From: Octopus vulgaris
Taxonomy: Eukaryota
Assembly (NCBI GenBank): GCA_951406725.2
Contig: OX597824.1
Span: 73,780,001 to 73,844,000 of the forward strand
Length of the DNA: 64,000 nucleotides
Direction: 5' to 3'
Shown in pieces: positions 28,147 through 44,829 of the stretch. Under the pieces are notes generated by a model that did not search any database, had not been told where the DNA came from, and saw only the letters and a program-made list of their open reading frames with translations. Position 1 is the first letter of the stretch; each line of letters opens with the position of its first letter. The position numbers were made by a program, and so were the translations under genes.

Positions 28147-28635
28147 ACACACATGCACGCACACTCAGAGATGTGTATGTATGAGTTTTTTTTCGTTTGT
28201 GTCTGTCCCCCTATCACTTGACAACCGGTGTTAGTTTGTTTATGCCCACGTAACGTAGTGGTTTAGCAAAAGTGACCGATAGAATAAGTAGCAGACTTTA
28301 GAAATAAGTACTTGTCGATTTGTTCGATTAAAAAAACCTTTCAACGCGGTTCCCCAGCATGGCCGCAGCCCAATGACTGAAACACGTAAAAGTGAAGCCA
28401 TCGTCTTCAAAAAAGGAATGACCTTTTGGTCAAATGACCTCTTAGTTAGTGTGGTACCTGCAGCCACAAAGTCTTATACTGACGCCGCACTACAATGATG
28501 ACCACAATGGTAGCTGTCATCATAATTACAACCATTTCAATCACAACCAGTAACCATCATTATCATCCCCACCGTCACCACCATCACCTTCGGCACAACA
28601 ACCCTCACTACTCCACCATCACCATCTCCGTATCA

Positions 28636-28711
<76 letters not shown>

Positions 28712-29500
28712 AGAAAGAGAGAGAATAACGAGCTGTTATTAACTGAGCCCTGAATTACCGTAGATTTTTTCCTTTGATGTTTTTGCATCAATTCTATATA
28801 TAGATAAATCATTAAATTTACAAATTCAAAGTTATCTAAAAATAAATACTTGCTTTGTTCTTGAGACATAAAGCCTCCCCCTCCTCTGTCTCTCTCTCTC
28901 TCTCTCTCTAAATGGATTATTACAAAATTTTGTTATAGATAGTTTCATTTTTAAATGTAAACGAGGGTTTGCTCATTGTTAATTTAGACGTTCCCGTGTT
29001 GAATAGATGTGCCGCTGTGTTGGTTACAAACAAGAGGAATTACTAGATAGTTTAAGACAGCAGTTGGTGCTTTGTCTGCTGGAAGCCACGTTTCGTTAGA
29101 TTTAAAGAGTGTGGTCAAAAACCCTCCCAGATTTACCATTCTTGATAAACGTTTCACCAGTAAACGCACGATGTGCACCAGTTTAAACCATGATAACTAA
29201 AAGAATCAGTAAAACATTAGCCACACGGAAACAATATCATCGCCCGTCTAACTTCACTGGCGCTACGCCAATGGCCTTTTGGAGGTGGTACGTTTCCAAA
29301 CTAAGCACGGGCAACCTATTTCGAGAAGCGGGCCGCATGAGACATCGTTCATTATGAGGCGGATTGTACTACTAAAAACATTCAAGATAGTTATTTCGTT
29401 AATCCAAACATGAAAACACAAAGAGAAAACACAACAACGTGAGGAACGTGGAACAAGTATAGTGTTATTGGACGCTCAGGAAAAGAAATAAAGAAGGAGG

Positions 29501-29535
29501 ATTTAACGTTTCGAGCGGAGCTCTTCATCAGAAAT
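29501..29535 (-). ncRNA. Minimal type I hammerhead ribozyme motif inside a Penelope-like repeat (about 29405-29690)
   Basis: ATTT-CTGATGA-A-GAGC(tcc)GCTC-GAAA-CG-TT-AAAT: perfect 4-bp stem I and stem II, palindromic ACGT stem III, GUU triplet. Confidence 0.75.
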
Positions 29536-29866
29536 ATAGAAAAAAAAAGGAAAAGCCCAAGGAAGGGAAGACAGAGAAAGAAAATCGCCAACGATACACA
29601 CGCGGTCACATATTGAAATGACCGGAAGGGAATGGGTGAAGAATTTCGTTAGGCGTGTCATTCAGAAAGTCCAGTGGGCTGAAGTTTAGTCATGACTGGT
29701 CCAAACAAATAAACACTAACACAATATCGAAAGGAAGAAATATTGAGTCTTTGGGAAGGGAGGAGAGGGAAAGGAAGACAGGGAGAGAGGAAGTGTATGT
29801 GTGAAAGAGAGAGAAAGTGAGAGAAAGTGTGAGAGAGAGAATGAGAGAGAATAAGAAAGAGAATGA

Positions 29867-29902
<36 letters not shown>

Positions 29903-30295
29903 AAGAGAAAGAGAGAGAGAAAGAAAGAGAAAGAGAGGGGAGCAGACTGAGTTTTCGGAGAGTCCACTAAGACCGCACAATGTAATGGACAAATCAACTA
30001 CGAAACAACGAATGTAGAGAAAGAGGAGAGAAAGAAAGAGAGTGAGAGAGAGGGGAGAGAGGGAAAGAGTGTGTGAGAGAGAGAGAGCAGTTATTTTTTA
30101 ATAGGAGAGAATGAAAAATATATCCACCTTGTATTTTTTTTTTTAAAGGCCCCGTACGTAAATGCTGACAAACTAGATTATTGTATAGATACAGAAATAT
30201 GGTATAGTTAGAGAATATACACTCGGGATATCACTAGATATACAATATCGAAATAGGTTTAATGCATACCATATGCAGAGGAATCACAGAAAAGT

Positions 30296-30376
<81 letters not shown>

Positions 30377-31569
30377 AGAGGGGAGAGAGACAGCGAAAGA
30401 GAGAGAGAGAGAATGAAAGAGTGGGGAGGGAAAGGGAGCTATGGGTTATCTGCATGGTCTACAAAGAGTAGGCTCAAGGTATCGGTAGACGGGAAGTCAC
30501 TCGAGGCGTCATTTTGTTGGGAGGCTGTTAATCCTTTAGCTTGACATTTTTGAAATATGAAGGAAAAGTGAAAATAGTCAAGTGAAAGCTTTATTGTTAG
30601 ATTTAATGAATCGTTTCCCACGTGTGCACGTCTTATACACCCTGTGAAAATTATACATACATATCTATACAAATATATCTAAACATACATACATACATAC
30701 ATACATACATACATACATACATACATACATGGCGCAGGAGTGGCTGCGCGGTAAGTAGCTTGCTTACCTACCACATGGTTTCTGGCTTAGTGTCACTGTA
30801 TGGCTCCTTGGGTAAGTGTCTTCTACTATAGCCTTGGGCTGACCAAAGCCTTGTGAGTGGATTTGGTAGACAGAAACTGAAAGGAGCACGTCGTATATAT
30901 ATATATATATTATTTATATTATTATATGACTGAATGCCACGCATCCTCTTCCATGTAAGTTTTATCTTAATAATTCTGATGCGTACTCAATACGATATTT
31001 TTATTCTTTCGTTTTTCTCTCTTTCTCTCTCTTATTCTTTCACCTCCTCTTCTCCCACTATTCTATCCTATTACTCTGTCACTCTCTCTCCCTCACTCCT
31101 TCTCCCTTGCTCACGTGGATCCCACGTATCCATCGGCCATCTTTCTTCTAACTTGTGTTTCTTTTTCTACATAGTAGCTGAAACAAGGAAGACGTGTTCT
31201 TGTCTGTCTCCTGTCCGAGCTTCATTTACACGTTCGCCACCACAACCTCACTTAGGCTAGCAGCCCTTCCTGTTTGTTTTCACAGTCCTGTTTGTGCTAC
31301 CAATTTTGACACTCTGCAAAATCCCAAATTTTATCTAATTTGCTTTGCGGCAGCAACTGTTTTTATCGGAAACGTATATTGTTGCTAAATGCTCGAAATA
31401 CGTGAGTAGAAGAACAGCCAGCAACTGGTGAAGGGTCGTTCTTTATGTTGTTTGTCTTGTTTTCTATTTGTGTCTTTCGTTGTTCGCAAAAATAGTTCAT
31501 ATTCCATGTCATCGTACTTCGTATTTTTCTTGTTGTACCCGTTTCATGACGTCCCGTGCCCACATATGC

Positions 31570-31714
<145 letters not shown>

Positions 31715-31752
31715 TGTATGCATGTATGGATGTATGTACAAATGCGTATGTA

Positions 31753-31791
<39 letters not shown>

Positions 31792-31809
31792 CATAACTGG
31801 GGTCCGGAA

Positions 31810-32050
31810 CTCTCGTGGGAAAAAATTTCGAGCCTCTCTCTAGTTACGCTGGTTAACTTGCTATAAACCATTAACATACCAAGGATTACGCCGTCTGAAT
31901 CACCTAGAAACAATCTGAGAGCGAAGACAACACCTTGAACTAATAGGCCAGTCGTTTTGTTTAATAATGCTTTCTCATGTCCAAGCTGTGGTCTTTTCTG
32001 TAAGTTGTTGGCTGGATTAAGTCTCATGATTAAGACATCAGAACTAAAAT
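31810..32050 (+). mobile_element. Degraded RTE-clade LINE 3' end
   Basis: [16 protein letters not shown]/(K)SHMIRH with one frameshift resembles the RTE/BovB C-terminal CxxC..SHxxxH motif. Confidence 0.5.
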
Positions 32051-32310
32051 AATATTTTTAAAAAAGCCCGGAAAAACGATGTTAGGACTTCCTACGTTGA
32101 AATCGAAGGGAGAATCCATTATGTGTACGTGACTGTATGTATGTGTAGAACGACCGTGCGAAGGAGAGGTGACGATGAATGGGTTGCATATTGGCGTGTA
32201 ACAGAGCAAGAAACAAATTGCGCCAATACCAACCAATCAGAGTAGTGAACATAATAGGGTCCAAGCGACCGAAGATAAGCTGTTATCTACTACGTCCGTA
32301 TTTATGTATA

Positions 32311-32349
<39 letters not shown>

Positions 32350-32366
32350 CAGAGAGAGTCCGCTAC

Positions 32367-32397
<31 letters not shown>

Positions 32398-32934
32398 TGT
32401 ATGTATATATGTGATGTATTATGTGTGTGAGTGCGTATGTATGTATGTATGTATGTATGTATGTATGTATGTATGTATGTATGTGAGTGTGTTTGTATGT
32501 GCCTGCTTGCGCACGCGCACATACATCTACGACTCTCATACACATACTATACAATTTCACCTCACCCCACATCATTACCCTCCGCGCACACATACGCACT
32601 GAAAAATACGGGCTTTTGAATGCATGCACAAACAAAATCACACACACAGAGAAGCAAACGCTCACATATATGCACACGCATACTCAGTCACACGCATTCA
32701 TACACACACGCCCAAACATAATACACATTCATATGCACACCCGCACATACGCATGCGCATATATACACATTCTATTAAGCCCTATATAAAACTGCTATCA
32801 CCTTGCACTTACACCTACACGTCTCCCCACTCGCCTACACCCTAACGCACACACACACAAACACATAATATACAAATGCAAGCACAAACATAATTCATTC
32901 ATATCTATCTATCTATCGATCTATCTATCTCTTT

Positions 32935-33310
32935 CTCTTTTACTTGTTTCAGTCATTTGACTGCGGCCATGCTGGAGCACCGCCTTTAGTCGAGCAAATC
33001 GACCCCAATACTTATTCTATCGGTCTCTAAGTTACGGGGACGTAAACACACCAGCATCGATTGTCAAGCGATGTTGTGGGGGCGGGGACAAACACAGACA
33101 TACAAACATATACAAACACATACTCATAAATATGTATATATATATATACGACGGGATTCTTTCAGTTTCCATCTACCAAAGCCACTCACAAGGCTTTGGT
33201 CGGCCCGAGTCTATAGTATAAGACACTTGCCCAAGGTGCCATGCAGTGGGACTGAACCCGGAACCATGTGGTTGGTAAGCAAGCTACTTATCACACAGCC
33301 ACTCTTACGC

Positions 33311-33383
<73 letters not shown>

Positions 33384-33845
33384 AATTAATCAATCTTTGC
33401 TCTATGTATATATCTATCTTATTATCAATCTGTCTACATATACTCTTTACTCTTTACTCTTTTACTTGTTTCAGTCATTTGACTGCGGCCATGCTGGAGC
33501 ACCGCCTTTAGTCGAGCATATCGACCCCGGGACTTATTCTTTGTAAGCCCAGTACTTATTCTATCGGTCTCTTTTGCCGAACCGCTAAGTGACGGGGACG
33601 TAAACACACCAGCATCGGTTGTCAAGCAATGCTAGGGTGACAAACACAGACCAACAAACATATACACACACACTTATATATATACATATATACGACAGGC
33701 TTCTTTCAGTTTCCGTCTACCAAATCCACTCACAGCCCGAAGCTATAGCAGAAGACAGTTGCCCAAGATGCCACGCAGTGGGACTGAACCCGGAACCATG
33801 TGGTTGGTTAGCAAGCTACTTACCACACAGCCACTCCTGCGCCTA
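32935..33845 (-). mobile_element. Two adjacent SINE family A copies (about 32935-33315 and 33441-33845)
   Basis: Family A head, body and tail occur twice. Confidence 0.9.
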
Positions 33846-34208
33846 TATATCTGTTTATATCATCTATCTATTTCTATGTCTGTTTGTCTATTACCTAAAA
33901 CCCACTAACACCTAAAACATACATACATATGATGCATGCATTCATACGAAAGAGAACACCTATGCTGAACTATTGAGAAACGTTGACGCGGAGTAGATAA
34001 AACAATGGACAACTGATGAAGGGATTGTTCTTTATGTTGCCTGTCCTATTTCTCTATTTGTTTGAAAACAAAAGTTCGATTTCTATGATTTTGTTTTCTT
34101 TGTTCTCGTTTTTGATTTTGTCCACGTTTTTTTACCTCCTGTACCCATATATGCATGCATATATACATATGTATGTATGTATGTACATATAAGTATGTAT
34201 ATATATAT

Positions 34209-37226
<3,018 letters not shown>

Positions 37227-37242
37227 GACTCAACCCGGGACC

Positions 37243-37308
<66 letters not shown>

Positions 37309-37323
37309 TAAATAGATTCAGAC

Positions 37324-37355
<32 letters not shown>

Positions 37356-37436
37356 TTAGATTCAGATGGATATGGTACTTAAGTTGAGGCACCAGAATTT
37401 AGTACGGTATTATCCATACAATTTCAAAGTAAGATA

Positions 37437-37490
37437 ATTAAAATCAAAATAAGCAACAAGGATATATCCTTGTTGCTTATTTTGATTTTA

Positions 37491-37492
<2 letters not shown>
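37437..37492. repeat. Perfect 56-bp palindrome
   Basis: ATTAAAATCAAAATAAGCAACAAGGATA|TATCCTTGTTGCTTATTTTGATTTTAAT. Confidence 0.9.
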
Positions 37493-37566
<74 letters not shown>

Positions 37567-37736
37567 TGTGATGTGTAAACGCAGACGTTAAAGCCGAAGC
37601 CCATTAATATTGAGTGTCGCCATCTTTCATTGACTTTTCTCCAGACAGTTTAAGTTTTAACTGATGGACTTTAACGGTGGCCACTTCACTTCGGCATCTT
37701 CTTTCATTCAATGTGGGTGGCCGTCTTCTTTTAATA

Positions 37737-37815
<79 letters not shown>

Positions 37816-38149
37816 ACATACACACACGCACGCACGCACGCACACACACACACACATACACACACACGTACACACACACACACATACACGCACGTACACA
37901 CACACACACACACGCACGCACGCACACATACACACACGTACACACACACACATATATATCCATATGTTTTACATACATATAAGCATATGTACTCGTACAG
38001 ACATATATCCAGTTGTGGGTGTATATGTGTGTATGTGTGTTTCTATGTGTGTGTATGTGTGTACATATCCACACACACACACATCAATACACATACATAT
38101 ACTCACACATTGAATACATATATTGTATATACGTGTGTGCATGTGGGAG

Positions 38150-38177
38150 AGTGTTCGTGTTCGTGTGTGTGTGCGTG

Positions 38178-38210
<33 letters not shown>

Positions 38211-38297
38211 TCGGGTGTGTGTGTGTTCGTGTGTGCGGGTGTAGGTGTGTGTGTGTGCGTGCGTTGTTTAAATCGTTGTGTGCATGTGTGAAATTGT

Positions 38298-38336
<39 letters not shown>

Positions 38337-38580
38337 CGGGTGTGCGGGTGTAGATGTGTGTGTGTGTGTTCGGGTGTGCGGGTATAGATGTGTGTGTGTG
38401 TGTATGCGGGTGTGCTGGTATAGATGTGTGTGTGTGTGTTCGGGTGTGCGGGTATAGATGTGTGTGTGTGTGTTAGGGTGTGCGGGTATAGATGTGTGTG
38501 TGTGTGTATGCGGGTGTACATGTGTGTGTGTGTTCGGGTGTGCGGATGTAGGTGTGTGTGTGCGCGTGCGTTGTTTACAT
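38150..38580. repeat. (GT)n-derived minisatellite, about 30-36 bp unit
   Basis: Repeated (gt)n-tcgggtgtgcgggtatagat. Confidence 0.8.
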
Positions 38581-39065
38581 CGTTGTTTTGTTTTGTTTTG
38601 TTTTTGTTTTGACATTTTATATACTGTAACCCAGTAAATTCTACAAATAGAAAAATACCAATAAATCACTATCAGAACTAAACAAATAACGAAATAATGA
38701 GTTTGGCCCGTCATCGACTAAAAACCCTCGAGGATAGTAACCAAGGCCGTGGCCGAAGTCCACTAATTAAAACCAGAAAATAATAAATAAGAATAATAAA
38801 CGAGAAGCTTCTTAAATGTCCCCTCACTGACGAATGACGGTTGCCATGTCATGCATCATTGCTCTCTCCTCTTTCTTTACGCTTTTAACAAACTCTGTTC
38901 CATAAGGACGGACGGACGGACAGGCTTGCCGAAGCATAGGAATTTGTCAGTTCCCAAAAAGAAAACCCCCACTCACCTAATCAGCCCCCTCCTTCACCAC
39001 CACCACCTCTCTTCTTCCTCCCCCTCCTGTCCCTCTTTCTCCTTTTTCCTTCCCCTAATGCTTTC

Positions 39066-39100
<35 letters not shown>

Positions 39101-40256
39101 CTCTCTCTCTCTCTTTCTTTCTTTCTCTCTCTCTCTCTCTTTCTTTTTCTCTCTCTCTCTCTTTCTTTCTTCCTTCCTTCCTTCCTTCCTTCCTTTCTTT
39201 CTTCCTTCCTTCCTTCCTTCCTTCCTTCCTTTCTTTCTTTCTTTCTTTCCTTCTTTCTTTCTTTCTGTCTTTCCTTCTTTCTTTCTTTCTTTCTTCCTTC
39301 CTTCCTTCCTTCATTCATTCCTTCCTTCCTTTCTTTCTTTCTTTCTTTCTCTCTCTCGCTCTTTCTTTCCTTCTTTCCTTCTTTCCTTCTTTCTTCCTTC
39401 TTTCCTTCCTTCCTTCCTTCCTTCCTTCCTTCCTTCCTTCCTTCCTTTCTTTCTTTCTTTCGTCGCTTCCTACTTTATAACTTGTCTCGCTCTTGTAAGA
39501 CGTGCTTATACCCGAACTTGGCACTTTCCTCCGTTTCTTTACACCACCCACCCTCATCCCTCCCGTCCTTCCCATCGTCTGTTTTCGCCTACCAGAACAG
39601 TATCCTTCTGGAAATATCTCACTGATTATATACCCCCCTCCCTATCCATACATATACCGCCACCTCGGCTCCCATCACATCACCACCCGGTCCGCCTTTA
39701 CTTTCCTCAACCAACTGACATCCCAGAAGTTCAAACTGAACATTAACAGTAGTAATATTATTAATATGGAGATAGTTGATGGGTTTTCTCTGTCTGTCTG
39801 TCTGTTTGTCTGACTGTATCTCTCTCTCTTTCTGTCTCTCTCCCTCTTTCACTCTCTCCTCCTCTGCAGCTCTGTCTCTTTCTTTCTTTTTCTCCCTTAC
39901 AATGTCTTCTTCGGGGTTAACTGTCGTTGAGGGAATTGGCAAAAATTTATTTACCATGAAAAACAGGACACATACAAATCTAAACATCCCGAATTTAAAT
40001 AACAGTTTAGTGAGGAACTTCAGCAAAAATATGAACAAAAAAAAATGAAGAATTAAAAAAAATGCAACAAAACCATTCCAGGTTTCGAAACTCCGCACAT
40101 GGCTTTAAAAAACAGCCTTACTAGCTACATTTCACATCCTGCACAATACAATTTTAATTCAATGGGACAATTCATACAACACACTTCCTGAACGTAGCAT
40201 ACAATACCTACTCCATATGATCACCACTCAATAATAATGCTACAGGTACCCTATAA

Positions 40257-40487
40257 GGGGTCGAGCTGGCAGAAACGTTAGCACGCCGGGCGAAATGCGT
40301 AGCCGTATTTCGTCTGCGGTTACGTTCTAAGTTCAAATTCCGCCGAGGTCGACTTTGCCTTTCATCCTTTCGGGGTCGATAAATTAAGTACCAGTTACGC
40401 ACTGGGGTCGATATAATCGATTTAATCCGTTTGTCTGTCCTTGTTTGTCCCCTCTGTGTTTAGCCCCTTGTGGGTAGTAAAGAAATA
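40257..40487 (+). mobile_element. SINE family C with 20-bp TSD
   Basis: TSD AATGCTACA(G/T)GTACCCTATA at 40236-55 and 40489-508. Central GTCGACTTTGCCTTTCATCCTTTCGGGGTCGATAAATTAAGTACCAG resembles the MetaSINE domain (from recall). Confidence 0.85.
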
Positions 40488-40509
40488 CAATGCTACATGT
40501 ACCCTATAC

Positions 40510-40955
40510 CAGTGATCTCAGGCCATCTTTATACCACGGACTGGTTTCATGCCGGACAATATCTTTCCGCGGACCTGTAGTGGCACATATGTGTAATTTA
40601 AGTGCAATTCCATAAAGAAAGCAAGTGTATAATCTTTTGACTCTCATTTCTGCGCTCCAGCCTGGCCACACACTTGCGAACTTAGTTTCCCTGAATCAAT
40701 ACCTATTACACTATTATCACATCAATATCAACTCTCCATAATGTAGAATCAGTGGAAGCCTTGAGCTAGTTTCCCTGCAACGAGATGGCCCATCTGGGTG
40801 TGATGGGAGACAATGACCCCTCGAAGTGGGTTCCTTATGTCTAGTCTATTTTGTAACTTTGTTTTGGTTATGACTACTGCAGAAAATACCGCTTATTTCT
40901 TTGCAGCCCGGTAGAATGTGATCCACGGACCGGTACCGATAGCTGGGAACCTCTG
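40510..40955 (-). mobile_element. Non-autonomous hAT/Buster element resembling Charlie3/MER1
   Basis: CAG..CTG ends, 8-bp TSD CCCT(A/G)TAC with central TA. Remnant FSAVVITKTKLQNRLDIRNPLR.SLSPITPRW..LVAGKLAQGFH*. Confidence 0.8.
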
Positions 40956-41046
40956 CCCTGTACAATCACTAACGAGCACTCTATACACTCGCCACCGAAT
41001 AATATAACGCATGTACTCTATACAATCAGCAGCCAATAATAAAGTA

Positions 41047-41255
41047 TTGGGTTGTCCGGAAAGTTCGTGCCGATTTTTAAAGGAAAGAAAAGGTCAATAA
41101 AGACTTGCCATTACATTTTTAATCAACCAAATATGAACCATTTTGTTGGACAATGCGTCTCCATCTTTCCTTTAACTTGAAAATACCCTCTTCCCAGAAT
41201 TGAGGTGGTTTCATGGCAAACAATTCATCAAGGTATCTTTTTACGCCATCCAGGT
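41047..41255 (-). mobile_element. Mariner 3' end
   Basis: TA plus TIR TTGGGTTGTCCGGAAAGTTCGTGCCG; C-terminus KPPQFWEEGIFKLKERWRRIVQQNGSY. Confidence 0.85.
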
Positions 41256-41269
41256 TCGAAATTTCTCGA

Positions 41270-41317
41270 TGACACCTGATGAAGGCTGGAGGGTATATCA
41301 GCCGAAACGTTGTGTTA
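41270..41317 (+). ncRNA. Minimal type I hammerhead ribozyme motif
   Basis: TGACAC-CTGATGA-A-GGCTG(10 nt)CAGCC-GAAA-CG-TT-GTGTTA: 6-bp stem I with one G.U pair, 5-bp stem II, ACGT palindrome. Confidence 0.75.
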
Positions 41318-41919
41318 ACAACAAACAAGATGAGGACAAATATACGTCAAATGTAACTAACATAAATAATGTACATAATTCCTCATCTCTTAAATATACA
41401 ACGATACGTATACAGGCATACATGCATATATACATACGGACGTAACAGCTGATCCGCGTAGAGACCAAGTAATGGTTAGAAGAGAGAACAGACCAAACGG
41501 ATTCGCATTCTGCAGATACAATCGATCAAAAGAATACGGAAAATTTGTAAAATATCTCAGAGATTCTCCATTTGAGGTCTCTGTGGGAACACATGCCTGT
41601 TGATGTTGTTAAAATTCCATTAAAGGAGCTTTGGATCTAGGTTAGAAGTGGGTTGTTTCTCTATTGACAAGAAATTTTGAAATAAAACTGAATAATGATA
41701 TACACACACAGTTTAGATTTATGCTGCGTTAGAAAAAATATGAAAGTATTACAACTTCCTGCTACAAGTGTGTAGAGTTTTACACTATTTTATGTGAAAT
41801 AAGCAAGGATTGCATAAACCCGAACTGGGATTTCGTTCGGGTACTTTTTGGTTATCTCACCTCCATTAAAAAAATCGTTTAACCGTCAATAAAAGAAAAT
41901 TTTAAAAAATGAAAAAATA

Positions 41920-42276
41920 TAGGCGCAGGAGTGGCTGTGTGGTAAGTAGCTTGCTTACCAACCACATGGTTCCGTGTTCAGTCCCACTGCGTGGCACCTT
42001 GGGCAATTGTCTTCTACTATAGCCTCGGGCCGACCAAAGCCTTGTGAGTGGAGTTGGTTGACGGAAACTGAAAGAAGCCCGTCGAATATATGTTTATATA
42101 TGTATGTGTGTATGTGTGTAGTTTTGTGTGTATGTGTGTAGTTTTGTGTGTCTGTGTTTGTCCCCCCTTACGTCCTCGTAACTTAGCGGTTCGGCAAAAG
42201 AGACTAAAGGCGGTGCTCTAGCATGGCCGCAGTCAAATGACTGAAACAAGTAAAAGAGTAAAAGAGTAAAGAGTAA
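41920..42276 (+). mobile_element. SINE family A (internal deletions), nested
   Basis: Family A head and (AAGAGTA)n tail. Confidence 0.85.
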
Positions 42277-42409
42277 GCATGAAAACTCAAAACATCGTAT
42301 TGAATCTGATAATATTTTTATAACAAATCATACAAAACCGAAGATTAATAAATATGAAAATTGAAAAAATTAAACATCTTATTGAATTTAACAATATTTT
42401 TATAATAAA

Positions 42410-42796
42410 CTAGCAGTATCGCCTGGCGTTGCTCGGGTTTGTAAGGGAAATAACTATAAAGCATTTTTAGAGAGTTATAGTAAAAAAATAGCAAAAAATG
42501 CATTAAAAATGGAAAAAAAATTATGGTAAATTTTTTTAAATCGTTGACTCATCGTAGACATTTTTAGAGAGTTACTTCCCTTATATAATAGCGAAAAATG
42601 CATTAAAATGGAAAAAAATGATGGTAATTTTTTTTTTTAATCGTAGACTCATGCTAATACCCAGAAGGGCTCGATATGAATCACGACTATAAGATACCCG
42701 GTTTTGGTTAAACTGCACCGCAAAATGTGGGAGTAGTTAGGAATCTAAATCGTAGGAGCCAGACAAAACACAACCTCACTTTTATATATATATAGA
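42410..42796 (-). mobile_element. Non-autonomous Helitron, nested
   Basis: rc 5' TC, 3' hairpin plus CTAG, A|T target; homologous to 4436-4948. Confidence 0.85.
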
Positions 42797-43593
42797 TAAT
42801 ACCATGCCTATTGAGGAGGCCAAACGTCAACAATGTGTTGAAGTATTGAATCAAAACAATCAAACTCTTTTAATCCAATCTCTTGTCGTCACATACATTC
42901 AACATTTTAGTGGGGAGATAACCCAATTTTTTAATGACAATTTTTTAATGGGGGTGAGATAACCAAAAAGTATCTTCGTTCGTTCGCTCGACCACATACA
43001 TCAGCTAGTTGGGAAGCATTATTCTTTTGATCGATTGTATCTGCAGAATGCGAATCAGTTTGGTCTGTTCTCTCTTCTAACCATTACTTGGTCTCTACGC
43101 AGATCAGCTGATACGTCCGTATGTATATATGCATGTATGCCTGTATACGTATCGTTCTATATTTAAGAGATGAGGAATTATGTACATTATTTATGTTAGT
43201 TACATTTGACGGATATTTGTCCTCATCTTTGTTGTTAACACAACGTTTCGGCTGCAAGCGTAGTGAAACATCACTTGTATCAGAGACTCCTCTTGGAAAT
43301 CCTCAAGCAAGAATTTGAGCGTGTGTCGGCAAGTTGAAATTAATTAAAAGTTTATATTCAAAATTGCAGCAGTCTAGCATATAATGAGTAACTTCTCTGT
43401 GAGGCAACAGAAATCGCAGGACATTGTTCAGTTATCAAAAACCTTTACCGTATCTCATCATACATTAGGCGTTGGAGATCTCTCTTTTGTTCTTCGATCC
43501 CCAAATGTACTCTGAAAGTGCGGTGGTGTTTTCTCAGAGCCAGTGACAGAATGACGAGTTGTGATGATATGGACGATTTTAGAAGGTTTCTCT

Positions 43594-43657
<64 letters not shown>

Positions 43658-43814
43658 GCACGCACATATATATATATAAACTTGTTGATGTGTTACTGAT
43701 GGAGACACCAACACAGTGTACAATGTTTTTCACTGTGCATTCGCTTTACACACGCACTGTTCGTGGGGGTAGTGGTGGGATATAGTCCCAGTTTATCTTT
43801 CTTTCACCCGCGCG

Positions 43815-43880
<66 letters not shown>

Positions 43881-44008
43881 ACACACGTGTTTGTTAGTAA
43901 TAGCGTGTTTGTGTGTTGTATTTAGCACTTCCAAGCTTTTGTTTGGAAAACTATAAAAAGGCGTTGTATATACAGCACGTGTGTATTTGTTTGTTTCTAT
44001 AAACGGCC

Positions 44009-44043
<35 letters not shown>

Positions 44044-44065
44044 CATACATACATATATATATATA

Positions 44066-44131
<66 letters not shown>

Positions 44132-44232
44132 CATACATACATATATATATATACATACATATATATATATACATACATATATATATATACATATATATAT
44201 ATACATACATATATATATACATACATATATAT

Positions 44233-44311
<79 letters not shown>

Positions 44312-44829
44312 TATATATATATGCATATATATATGTGTATATATGTGTGTATGTATAAATCTATATATTTATGTGTATGTGTATATATATATATATATAT
44401 ATGTGTATATATGTATATATATATTCATATATACATTTCTCTTTTTCTATCATTCTCCTTCTCCCTCTCCCTCCCCTTCGCTCACTGCACACACAGACAC
44501 ACATTATCATGCACAGATATATAAATAAATAAATATATACACATACATATATACACAAGTGCGTTTGCGTGTCTGAATGTTTGCATAGGTATACATATAT
44601 GCTGTGCGTATATATGCGGGGCACATACATACATATGTGAGACCTGTATGCTTACGTGTATCTCGCTCTCTCTCGCTTTGTATATATTATATATGTATGA
44701 CTGTGTGTATATAATGGAGTCGGTGTAAAAGCAGATGTGAAGATATACTGTCAACAATGGAGGAACTGTATAGATGGAACTGGTAAATGTTTGTGTAACT
44801 TCTTCTGTAGATAGATTACGTTGATAAGG

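Larger units (their letters stand above)
41840..42974. mobile_element. Non-autonomous DNA transposon, Merlin-like, hosting a SINE and a Helitron
   Basis: About 33-bp TIRs GGTACTTTTTGGTTATCTCACC.CCATTAAAAAA, 8-bp TSD TTCGTTCG (41832-39 and 42975-82). Confidence 0.7.

Noticed and set aside
38826-38860. CTGACGA followed by an ATGAC/GTCAT hairpin
   Set aside because: Followed by GCAT instead of GAAA and no stem I; at most a dead remnant.
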